NCBI RefSeq assembly: GCF_009914755.1
Contig: NC_060926.1
Source: the human T2T-CHM13v2.0 reference genome, Homo sapiens
Direction: 5' to 3' (one strand)
DNA: 64,000 nt
The notes beneath the pieces were generated by a model. That model worked only from the letters and a program-made list of their open reading frames with translations, was not told the origin of the DNA and searched no databases. Below, one piece after another: positions 53,368 through 64,000 of the stretch (its first letter is position 1; every line of letters begins with the position of its first letter). Both the position numbers and the translations under genes were made by a program.

Positions 53368-55471
53368 TTTTTTTTAATTTTTATTATAGGTTCAGGGAGT
53401 ACATGGGTAAGTTGGTTACCTACGTGTATTACATAATGCTGAGGCTTGGATTACAAATGAATGTGTCTTCCAAATAGCGAGCATAAATAGGTGGTTTTTC
53501 AGCCCTCACTCTCTACTCTTGTAGTCCCCAGAGCCTATTGTTCTCATCTTTGTTTGTGTGTACTCAATGTTTAGCTCCCACTTAAAAATGAAAACAAGTG
53601 ACATTTGGTTTTCTATCTCTACATTAGTTCACTTAGGGCACTGGCCTCTGGCTGCATCCATGTTGCTTCAAAGGACATGATTTAGTTCTTTTTTTATGGC
53701 TGCATGATATTCCATGGTGTATATGTACCACATTTTCTTTATCCATTCCAGAGTTGATGGGCACCTGGGTTGATTCTATGTCTTTGCTATTGTGAATAGC
53801 ATTGTAATAAACAAAGAGGTACGTGTGTCTTTTTGGTTGAATGATTTATTTACCTTTGGGTATACACTCAGTAGTGGAATTGCTGGATTGAATGGTAGTT
53901 CAGTCTTCTTTGAGAAATCTCCAGATTGCTCTCCACAGTGGCTGGATTAACTTACATTCCCACCAGCAGTGTATGAGTATTCCCCTTTCTCTGCAGCCTC
54001 ACCAGCATCTGTCGTTTTTAGACTTTATAACAAAAGCCATTCTGACTGTGTGAGTTAAGGGACAGGTCACTTGCCTTGAAGGGAAACCCCATAAGGCTAG
54101 TAGCGGACTTTCAGCACAAACCTTAAAAACCAGAAGAGACTGGGGGCTTGTTTACAGCATCCTTAAAGAAAAGAAATTCCAACCAAGAATTTCGTATCCT
54201 GCCAAACTAAGCTTCTAACTGATGGAGAAATAAAATCCTTTTCAGCCAGAGAAATGCAAAGGGACCACTAGACCTGCCTTAAAAAGGGAATGTTAAACAT
54301 GGAAACAAAAGAATGATGCCTGCCACCACAAAAACACACTTAAGTACGTGGCCCACAGACCCTTTAAAGCAACTACACAATCAAGTCCACATAACAATTA
54401 GCTAACGCCACAATGACAAGATCAAATCCTCACATATCAATATTAACCTTGAATTTAAATGGGCTAAACACTCCCGTTTAAAAGGCAGAGAGTGATAAGT
54501 TAGATAAAGAAACAAGACTCAGCTGTCTGCTGTCTTCAAGGGACCCCCTCTTACACACAACAACACCTATAGGTTCAAAGTAAAGGAATGGCGAAAGATG
54601 TATCTTGCAAATGGAAAACAGAAAGGAGCAGGGGTTGCTAATCTTCTATCAGATAAAACAGACTTTGAATGAACAACCATCAGAAAGGACAAAAAAAAAA
54701 AGCATTCCATAATGATAAAAGGTTCAATACAACAAGAACACTTAACTATCTTAAATACATATACTCCCAACATTGGAGCACTCAGATTCATAAAAATAAA
54801 TTCTTAGAGACCTACAAAGAAACTTAGCCACACAATAATAGTGGGAGACTTCAACACCCCACTCACAGCATTAGTTGTTTGCTATTGAGGCAGAAAACTA
54901 GGAAAGATATTCTGGACTTAAACTCCATACTTGACCTATTGGACCTAATAGGCATCTACAAAATACTTTACCCAACAACCACAGAATATGCATTCTTCTC
55001 ATCTGCACAGGGAACATACCTAAGATCGGCCACGTGCTTGGCCATAAAGCAAATCTGAATACATTTTTAAAAATCTAAACATGCCAACTGCACTCTTGGA
55101 CCACACTGCAATAAAAACAGAAATCAATACCAAGAGGATCTGTCAAAACCACACAATTACATGGAAATTAAACAACTTGCTCCTGAATGACTTTTAGGTA
55201 AAGAATGAAATTAAGGCAGAAATCAAAAAATTCTTTGAAACTAATGAGAACAGAGACACAAGATACCAGAATCTTTGAGATAAAGCTAAAGCAGTGTTAA
55301 GAGGAAAGTTTGTAGCACTAAATGCCTACATCAAGAAGTTAGAAAGATCTCAAATTAACAACCTAATATCACACCTACAGGAATTAGAAAAACAAGAACA
55401 AAACCAACCCCAAAGCTAGCAGAAGAAAAGAAATAACCAAAATTAGAGCAGAACTGAACCAAATGGAGACA
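53368..55471 (-). mobile_element. 5'-inverted (twin-primed) older primate L1 (roughly L1PA15/16-like)
   Basis: 3' end with polyT on - (53368 to about 54054) joined to an ORF1-end/ORF2-endonuclease segment on + (about 54055-55471); one TSD tgctcatttcttt at 53355-53367 and 55472-55484. Confidence 0.88.
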
Positions 55472-55735
55472 TGCTCATTTCTTTCAACAGAAAGTGAACC
55501 CAGAGGTTCATGAATATGTTATATAAACCTCACTTAGTATTATAAATTTAGGGGGAATAGATTACCAGATGTAAAAATTTTTTAAAGGCTCATGGTAGAT
55601 CTTACATTGAGGCACATGCAAAAAGCTCTTACCAATTAGGTTATCAGTATTTAAATTTCATAGCACTACATCTAAAAAGTCTAATGTTCACACAGTTCCC
55701 AAAAGACTGAATTCACCTGTCTCCAGAAGTTGTAT

Positions 55736-56252
55736 TATCATGCCAGTGGTCTCACTGCCTGATGAGTATAGAAGCCAATAACATGGCACCAACATTTGAG
55801 AAAAGGAAGTCTTTATTGCAAGACCAGACAGCAAGGAAAAAGGAGTTGGGCTCAAATCTGCATCCCCAGTTTGCTGTCTGGGGCAAGTTTTGAGGTGTCA
55901 GAGGGCAAGGGAAAAGATTTAGGAATGTTGGTTTTGTAGAGTCTCATTGGAGAGCTTCAATTTCGACCATTTACATTAAGGTATGTTGAGGCAGATTTTA
56001 GCCCTGGATTTTTCAGGCCAACAGACTCTTCACTTCTGAAAGAGTTTCTGCATTCAGGTTCCAGTCATGTATGAATCTTCTTGGTTCTGTAGGGAGGAAT
56101 CGTTGGTTCTGGGTGTTGTTAGAGGTCAAAGCTTTCTCTCTTGCACATGCCTGGGCTGCCCGACTTACAGTTTTGGCTCTATTTTACCTACATGGTAACT
56201 TTATTCTGTTATCAACAGAGTAGGCCCAGTTTGGGCTGGTCCTATGGTTACA
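55736..56252 (-). mobile_element. ERV1-like solo LTR
   Basis: gaagccaataacatggcacc...ctttattgc (AATAAA on -)...gctcaaatctg...ggttaca; 4-bp flank gtat. Confidence 0.65.
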
Positions 56253-56544
56253 GTATTACCATGCTTTCATCCGAGAGTGTGATGTCCTCAAAATTTCTTC
56301 AAAGTTGGTAAGCAACTGGCTATAGAATTCAGCTGTCCTTCAGAGTCACATGCACTGATGCTACAGTTCTGCACTGCTGACCTGCCCTTCTCTGAAGCTG
56401 AACCACAACTTTTCCTGCCTGTCTTTGAATCCTAATATACTATTACTATTGGAATGGTCCATTGGAAAAGGGATTTGAGCCTAAATCAAGACTGCAGCAT
56501 GAAAGTGGACAGCCATGAATAGCTAAGAGAATATTTGCTAGAAC

Positions 56545-56730
56545 CCGATGTATGACTGGAGCAGGGATGAGAGAGAAGTCTAGATTTCTAGTGGGCTAAC
56601 TGCACGAATCATGACATTCTCCAAAGAGACCGTTGGAGGAGCAGCAGGTTTAGGGAGAGGTGATTGGTTTAATTTTGTACTCATAAGGTTGAGGTGCCTA
56701 GGGAACCTCCAAGTAGAGCTTTCCCACAGG
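56545..56730 (-). mobile_element. L2 fragment
   Basis: ggaggagcagcaggtttagggag...ggttgaggtgcctagggaacctccaagtagag. Confidence 0.65.
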
Positions 56731-57048
56731 TAATCCACATCACCCCCATGTTCCTAATCCTACTGAATAAAAATCACACTCTTTGTTGTTGGTGGTGTTG
56801 TTGTTAACTCAGTTGGTTTTCTTTTCTCAGGTTTAGTCTTTTAAGTTCTAGGATACATGTGCAGGACGTGCAAGTTTGTAACACAGGTAAACGTGTGCTA
56901 TGGTGGGTTGCTGTGCCTATCAACCCATCACCTCGGTATTAACCCCTGCATGCATTAGCTGTTTATCCTGATGCTGCCCCTCCCACTGCCACCCCGACAG
57001 GTCCCAGTGTGTGTTGTTCCCCTCTCTGTATCCATGTGTTCTCATTGT

Positions 57049-60000
57049 TCAGTTCTTACCTGTAAGTGAGAATATACGGTGTTTGGTTTTCTGTTCCTGC
57101 ATCAGTTTGCCGAGGCTAATGGCTTCCAGCTCCATCCACGTCCCTGCAAAGGACATGATCTCATTCCTTTTTATGGCTGCATAGTATTCCATGGTGTATA
57201 TGTACCACATTTTCTTTATCCAGTCTGTCATTGATGGGCATTTGAGTTGATTCCATGTCTTTGCAATTGTGAATAGTGCTGCAGTGAACATACATGTGCA
57301 TATATCTTCATGAGAGAATGATTTATATTCCTTTGGGTATATACCCAATAATGAGATTGCTGGGTCAAATGGTATTTCTGGTTGTGGGTCTTTGAGGAAT
57401 TGCCACTGTCTTCTACAATGGTTAAACTAATTTAGATTGCCAACAACAGTGTGAAAACGTTGCTTTTTCTCCACAGCCTCGCTGGCATCTGTTGTTTCTT
57501 GACTTTTTAATATTCACCATTCTGACTGGCATAAGATGGTATCTCATTGTGGTTTTGATTTGTATTTCTCTAACAATCAATGACGTTGACCTTTTTTCTC
57601 ATATGTTTATTGACCACATAAATGTCTTGTTTTGAGAAGTGTCTGTTCATGTCCTTCCCCCACTTTTTAATGGGATTTTTTTTCCTGTAAATTTATTTAA
57701 GTTCCTTATAGATTCTGGATATTAGACCTTTGTCAGATGAATAGACTGCAAAATTTTTCTCCCATTCTGTAGGCTGTCTGCTCATTCTGATGATAGTTTC
57801 TTTTGCTGTGGAGAAGCTCTTTAGTTTAATTAGATCCCATTTGCCAATTTTTGCTTTTGTGGCAATTGCTTTCGATGTTTTCATCATGAAATCTTTGCCT
57901 GTGCCTATGTCCTGAGTGGTGTTGCCTAGATTTTCTTCTAGGGTTTTTATAGTTTTGGGTTTTACATTTAGGTCTTTAATCCATCTTGAGTTAATTTTTA
58001 TGTAAGGTATAAGGAAGGGGTCCAGTTTAAATTTTCTGCATATGGCTAGCCAGTTTTCCCAGCACATTTATTAAATAGGTTTCTAGTAGGCTAATTGCAT
58101 GAATCTTCTAGATGGGGTCTTCTAGATATAGAATCATGTCATCTGCAAACAGAGACAGTCTGACTTCCTTTCTCCTATTTAAATACCCTTTATTTCTTTC
58201 TCTTGCCTCATTGCCCTGGCCAGAACATCCAATACTGTGTTGAATAGGAGTGGTGAGAGGGGGCATCCTTGTCTTGTGCCAGTTTTCAAGGGGAATGCTT
58301 CCAGCTTTTCCCCATTCAGTATGATATTGGCTGTGGGTTTGTGATATATGGCTTTTATTATTTTGAGGTATGTTCCATTAATACTTAGTTTATTGAGAGT
58401 TTTGAACATGAAAGAATGTTGAATTTTATCAAAGGCCTTTTCTGCATCTATTGAGATAATCATGTGATTTTTGTCTTCAGTTCTATTTGTGTGATGAATT
58501 ACATTTATTGATTTGCATATGTTGAACCAGCCTTACATCCCCGGGATAAAGCTGACTTGATTGTGGTGCATAAGCTTTTTGATGTGTCGCTGGATTTGGT
58601 TTGCCAGTATTTTAATGAGGATTTTTGCATTGACGTTCATCAGGGATATTGGCCTGAAGTTTCCTCTTTTTGTTGCATCTCTGGCAGGTTTTGATATTAG
58701 GATGATGCTAGCCTCATAAAATTAGTTAGGGAGAAGTCCCTTCTTTTCAATTGTTTGAAGTAGTTTTAGAAAAAATGGTATCAGCTCCTCTTTGTACCTG
58801 TGGTAGAATTCAGCTATAAATCCATTTGGTCCTGGGCCTTTTTTGGTTGGTAGGCTATTTATTACTGCCTCAATTTCAGAGCCCATTGGTCTATTCAGGG
58901 ATTCACCTTCCTGATTCAGTCTTGGGAGGGTTATGTGTCCAGGAATTTATCCATTTCTTCTAAATTTTCTAGTTTATTTGCATAGAGCTGTTTATAGCAT
59001 TCTGATGGTTGTTTGTATTTCTGTGGGGTCAGTGGTGTTATCCCCTTTATCATTTTATATTGTTTCTATTTGAGTCTTCTTTTCTTCTTTATTAGTCTAG
59101 CTAGTGGTCTATTTTAATAATTTTTTCAATAAACCAGCTCTTGGATTCATTGATTTTTTTTGAAAGGGTTTTCATGTCTCTATTTCCTTCAGTTCTGGTC
59201 AGATCTTCATTATTTCTTGCCTTCTTCTAGCTTTGGGCTTGTTTGCTCTTAGTTCTCCAGTTCTTTTAATTGTGATGTTAGGGTGTCAATTTGAGATCTT
59301 TCTAGCTTTTTGGTGTGGGCATTAGTGCTATAAATTTCCCTCTTAACACTGCTTTATCTGCATCCCAGAAATTCTGCTGTGTTATCTCTTTGTTCTCAGA
59401 GGTTTCAAAGAACTTCTTGATTTCTGCCTTAATTTCATTATTTACGCAGGAGTTATTCAGGAGCAGGTTGTTCAATTTCCATGCAGTTGTGTGGTTTTGA
59501 ATGAGTTTCTTAATCTTGAGTTCTAAGTTGGTTGTGCTGTGGTCTCTGTTATGATTTCAATTCTTTTGCATTTGCTGAGGCATGTCTTACTTCCAGTTAT
59601 GTGATCAATTTTAGAGTAAGTGCCATGTGTCACCAAAAAGAATGTATATTCTGTTGTTTTGGGGTGGAGAGTTCTGTAGATATCTATCAGATACACTTGA
59701 TCCAGATCCAAGTTCGAGTCCTGAATATCCTTGTTAATTTTCTGTCTCCATGATCTGTCTAATATTGACAATGGGTTGTTAAAGTCTCCTACTATTATCA
59801 TGTGGGAGTCCAAGTCTCTTTGTAGGTCTCTAAGAACCTGTTTTATGAATCTGGGTGCTCCTGTATTGGGTGCATATATATTTAAGATAGTTAGCTCTTC
59901 TTGTTGAATCGATCCCTTTACCATTATGTAATACTCTTCTTTGTCTTTTTTATCTTTCTTGGCTTAAAGTCTGTTTTGTCAGAAACCAGAATTGCAACCC

Positions 60001-60217
60001 CTGCTTTTTTCTGCTTTCTATTTGCCTGGTAAATTTTCCTCCATCCCTTTATTTTGAGCCTGTGTGTGTCCTTGTGCATGAGATGGGTCTTTTGAATACA
60101 GAATACAATGGGTCTTGACTCTATGCTGCTTGCCATTCTGTGTCTTTTAATTGGGGCATTTAGCCCATTTTCAGTTAAGGTTAATATTGTTATGTGTGAA
60201 TTTGATCCTATCATCAT
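57049..60217 (-). pseudogene. Disrupted L1 ORF2 (endonuclease/reverse transcriptase)
   Basis: Fragments MMIGSNSHITILTL, LNIYAPNTGAP...[20 protein letters not shown]...[40 protein letters not shown]; stops, frameshifts and an internal deletion. Confidence 0.93.
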
Positions 60218-60525
60218 GATGCTAGCTGGTTATTTTGCAGACCTGTTGATGCAGTTGCTTCACAGTGTCATTGGTCTGTGTATTTCAGTGTGCTTTTGCA
60301 GTGGCTGGTACCAGTTTTTCCTTTCCATATTTAGTGCTTCCTTCAGGAGCTCTTGCAAGGCAGGCTTGCTGGTGACAAATTCCCTCAGCATTTGCTTGTC
60401 TGGAAAGGATTTTATTTCTCCTTTGCTTATGAAGCTTAGTTTAGCTGGATATGATATCCTGGGTTGGAAATTCTTTTCTTTTAGAATATTGAATATTGGC
60501 CCCCAGTCTCCTCTGGCTTGTAGGG

Positions 60526-60879
60526 TGTATTAGTCCATTTTCACACTGCTGTTAAAGACATACCCAAGACTGGGCAATTTACAAAAGAAAGAAGTTTAAT
60601 GGACTTACAGTTCCATGTGGCTAGGGAAGCCTCACAATCGTGGTGGGAGGCAAGGAGGAGCAAGTCATGTCTTACATAGATGGCAGCAGGCAAAGAGAGA
60701 GAGCTTATGCGGAAACTCCCATTATTAAAACCATCATATCTGATGAGACTTATTCACTATCATGAGAACAGCATGGGAAAGACTTGCCCCCATTATTCAA
60801 TTACCTCCTACTGGGTCCCTCGCACAACACTTGGGAATTCAAGATGAGATTTGGGTGGGGACACAGCCAAACCATATCA
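60526..60879 (-). mobile_element. THE1 (A/B-like) solo LTR nested in L1 ORF1
   Basis: tgtattagtcc...acagccaaaccatatca; TSD taggg at 60521-60525 and 60880-60884. Confidence 0.93.
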
Positions 60880-62873
60880 TAGGGTTTCTGCTGACAAGTC
60901 TGCTCTTAGTCTGAGAGGCGTTCTTTTGTAGGTGACCTGGCCCTTCTCTCTGGCTGCTCTTAACATTTTTTCCTTCATTTTGACTTTGGAGAATCTGATG
61001 ATTATGTGTCTTGGGGTTGATCTTCTCAGGGAGTATCTTACCGGTGTTCTCTGGATTTCCTGAATTTAAGTGTTGTCCTGTCTTGTTAGGTTGGGGAAGT
61101 TCTCCTGGATGATGTCCTGAAGTATGTTTTCCAACGTGGTTCTGTTTTCGCTGTCTCTTTCAGGTACCCTAATTAGTCATAGGTTCAGTCTTTTCACATA
61201 ATCCCATAGTTCTCAGGGAATTTGTTCATTCCTTTTCATTCTGTTTTCTCTAATATTGTCTGCCTGTCTTATTTCAGCAAGATAGTCTTCAAGCTCTGAA
61301 ATTCCTTCCTCCTCTTGGTCAATTGAGCTATTGATACTTGTGGTTGCACTGTGAAGTTCTTGTGATGTGTTTTTCAGCTCCATCGGGCATTTTTGTTCAT
61401 CTCTAAACTGGTTATTCTGGTTAACAGCTCTTGGGATTTTTTATCATGGTTCTTAGCTTCTTTGCATTGGGTTAGAACATGCTTCTTTAGCTCAGTGAAG
61501 TTTGTTATTACCCACCTTCTGAAGCCTACTTCTATCAATTCATCCATCCCAGCCTCTGCCCAGTTCTGTGCTCTTGCTGGAGAGGTGTTACAATCGTTTG
61601 GAGGAAAAGAGGCACTCTGGCTTTTTAAGTTTTCATCGTCTTTTTGTTGTTGTTGTTGATTCTCATCTTCATGAGTTTATCTAGCTTCGATCTTTGAGGC
61701 TGCTGGCCTTTGGATGGGGTTTTTGTGGGGTTTTTTGTTGGTAGTGGTGGTGGTGCTATTGTTGTTGCTTCCTTTTAGTTGTGTGTGTGCGTTTTGTTTT
61801 GTTGTTTTTTGTTTGTTTGTTTGTTTTAACAGTCAGGCCCCTCTTCTGTAGGGGTCCTCTCCAGACCCTATTCACCTGGGTTTCTCCTGCACCTGGAAGT
61901 ATCACCAGTGGAGGCTACCGAATAGCAAAGATGGCTGCCTGCTCCCTCCTGTAGGATCTCTGTCCCAGAGGGGCATCGACCTGATGCCAGCAGGAATGCT
62001 CCTGTATAAGGTGTTTGGGAACCTCTGTTGGAGGGTCTCACCCAGTCAGGAGGCACGGGAACTGGGACCTGCTTAATGAAGTGCTCTGGCTGCCCCTTGG
62101 CGAAGGGAGTGTGCTGCACTGGGAGGAATCCCACTTGTCCAGACTGCCCGGATTCCTCAGAGCCAGCAGCAGGAAGACTACATCTGCTGATCCATGGAGA
62201 TCACAGCCGCCCCTCCTCTCAGGAGCTCAGTCCCAGCGAGATCAGAGTTCTGTCCCTAAAATCCTGGCTGGAGTTGCTTAAATTCCTGCAGGGAAGACCC
62301 AGTTGGTGAGGAGGGATGGATCAGGGTCCAGCCTAAAGAGGCAGTCTGGCCACGATCCGCCACAGCTGCTGTGCTGCACTGTGGGGAATTCCTCCTGGGT
62401 CCAAACCATCTAGTCTCCCTGGCGCCAGCAGGGGAAAAATGGCAGACTGGAGCCACAGTGATGACAGCCACCCCTCCCCACAGGAACTCAGTAATCTTAA
62501 GCAGTCTGCAGCCAAGTGGCCACCAAGAATCTACACAGCTCTGTTCTTGGGACCCAGGGCTCTGATGGCATGGGCTCACGAGTGGGATCTCCTGATCCAT
62601 GGGTTACACGGAACCATGGGAAAAGCATGGTTTCCCAGATGAAGTAGCACAGTCACTCACTGCCTCCCTTGGCTGGAGGTGGGAGCTTCCCTTGCCCCAT
62701 GTGGCTCCCAGGTGGGCTGTCACACCACCCTGCTTTTCCTTGCTCTCCATGGGTCATGCCACCCACCTAGTCAGTCCCAATGAAAGAACCTGGATACCTC
62801 AGTAGCTGGTGCAGAATTCACTTGCCATTTTTTTCTTCTCAGTGGGAGCCTCCGACCACAGCTGTTTCTAGTT

Positions 62874-62883
62874 GGCCATCTTG
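62874..62883 (-). promoter_or_regulatory. YY1 site at the L1 5'UTR start
   Basis: caagatggcc on the - strand about 14 nt inside the L1 5' end, its canonical position. Confidence 0.7.
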
Positions 62884-62911
62884 GCCCCTCCCCACCAAAA
62901 TCACACTCTTT

Positions 62912-63110
62912 AATCCTTCCTATGCTGCCCCTGGTATTTAAGACCCTTCATGATCAGGCTCCAGATACCCTCTCTAGACCAACCTTCTGCTTCTTACTTG
63001 CCTGCTCTTGACAAGCCAGCATCAGAGGAATGTCTCTGTTTCCAGAACACTTTCCAAGGCTGTTAGCTCTGTATCTTTCCTCCTGTTGTTTATCTCTTCA
63101 GATGCTCAGG
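62912..63110 (+). mobile_element. L2 fragment (target of the L1 insertion)
   Basis: tatttaagacccttcatgatcaggctccag...tctctgtttccagaacac. Confidence 0.6.
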
Positions 63111-63181
63111 ATAACTGACTTATATTTATATTCCAGGTTATTTGCAGAGCAGGTAACACGTCTTACAAACCCCCATAGCCA

Positions 63182-63358
63182 CAGGGATTCCTTAAAGCTG
63201 GGTGCCAGCTCCACCTGCATCAGAATCACCTGGGCCCTTGAGAGAAATGTAGGCTCCCAGACCCCTTTCAGACCTTTTCCTGGGGTTGCAACCCCAGAAT
63301 CTGTGTTATTCAATAAAGACTCAATTGATTCTTAGTGATGCCAACGTTCAAGGTACTA
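63182..63358. mobile_element. MER5-like hAT-Charlie element
   Basis: ctgcatcagaatcacctggg...agaaatgtaggctcccagaccc...agaatctgtgtt. Confidence 0.75.
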
Positions 63359-63712
63359 GACCTGGAACACAGGGTCTTCCAAACGGAACCGCACAAATAT
63401 CTGTTTGATTTTCATAAAGGGCACCAAGAAACTTTGCTTTCCTTAAGAAAGGCACCTCAAGGTCTCTGAATGAAACTTCCCACATGGAATGTTGTTTGTG
63501 CTCTTTCTGCAAGCACCATCAGCAGTTTCAGCTTCTTGGGCCGCTAACAGCCAAAGTACCCATTGGAAAAAAAAAAAAGAAGTCTCTTTTTAGTGCATTA
63601 GATCCTGTTTTTTAGAAATGTGTTTCCAAATATAAACCAATTTCTTTCACCCGGTGCCAGCAGGCACCATGTGAGCAGATGAGAAGCAAGTGAGGTCAGA
63701 GACTGCATGGTC

Positions 63713-63945
63713 TAACTTAGTGGTCAGGCATGCAGCCTCTGGGTCTGTCTGTCTGCCTGGGCTTGAACTGGGCTCTGCCACTACCAGTGTGACTTTGATC
63801 ACATTATTTAACCTCTCTGCTTCTCGGTTTCCTCATCTGAAAGCCAGGGATAATAATAATGCCTACCTGGTAACATTGTTATGAGGAATAAATCCGTCAA
63901 ATGGAGGAAACATTTAGGATGGAAACTAACTTGCTGTAGGCACTT
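63713..63945 (+). mobile_element. MIR
   Basis: ggctctgccactaccagtgtgact...atttaacctctctgcttctcggtttcctcatctgaaa. Confidence 0.85.
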
Positions 63946-64000
63946 GGGAACATGCTGCTGTGCTCAGCAGGCTTATGAATCTTTGCAATTCTAAACCCAA

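Larger units (their letters stand above)
56785..62896 (-). mobile_element. Full-length inactive L1PA (L1PA8A/L1PA10-like)
   Basis: 5'UTR, ORF1, ORF2 and 3'UTR in order; perfect 15-bp TSD aaaatcacactcttt at 56770-56784 and 62897-62911. Confidence 0.95.

Noticed and set aside
57049-60217. Reverse transcriptase/endonuclease as a novel retroelement system
   Set aside because: Ordinary, dead LINE-1 ORF2.

Overview
Primate (very likely human) genomic DNA, almost entirely intronic. The only coding feature I can support is an 80-nt + strand exon at 9627-9706 (VPGRGPDGNAHNLRFEGMERQYASLPR). I recognise it from memory as the penultimate coding exon of PARD3B, so the window is the end of one long intron plus about 54 kb of the last intron. 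The rest is interspersed repeats: 7 Alus, a TSD-bounded full-length L1PA with a nested THE1 LTR, a 5'-inverted L1, older L1M/L2/MIR fragments, solo LTRs, DNA transposons and microsatellites. The supplied ORFs are repeat-derived or chance ORFs. I found no new gene system. The most unusual signal is a series of fossil locally templated insertions. The clearest are an AluJ carrying a 59-bp inverted copy of nearby intron between its body and tail, an L1 deletion patched with 30 bp copied from outside the element, and two snap-back mosaics. Repeat subfamily names are from memory of consensus sequences, and boundaries without a TSD are approximate.
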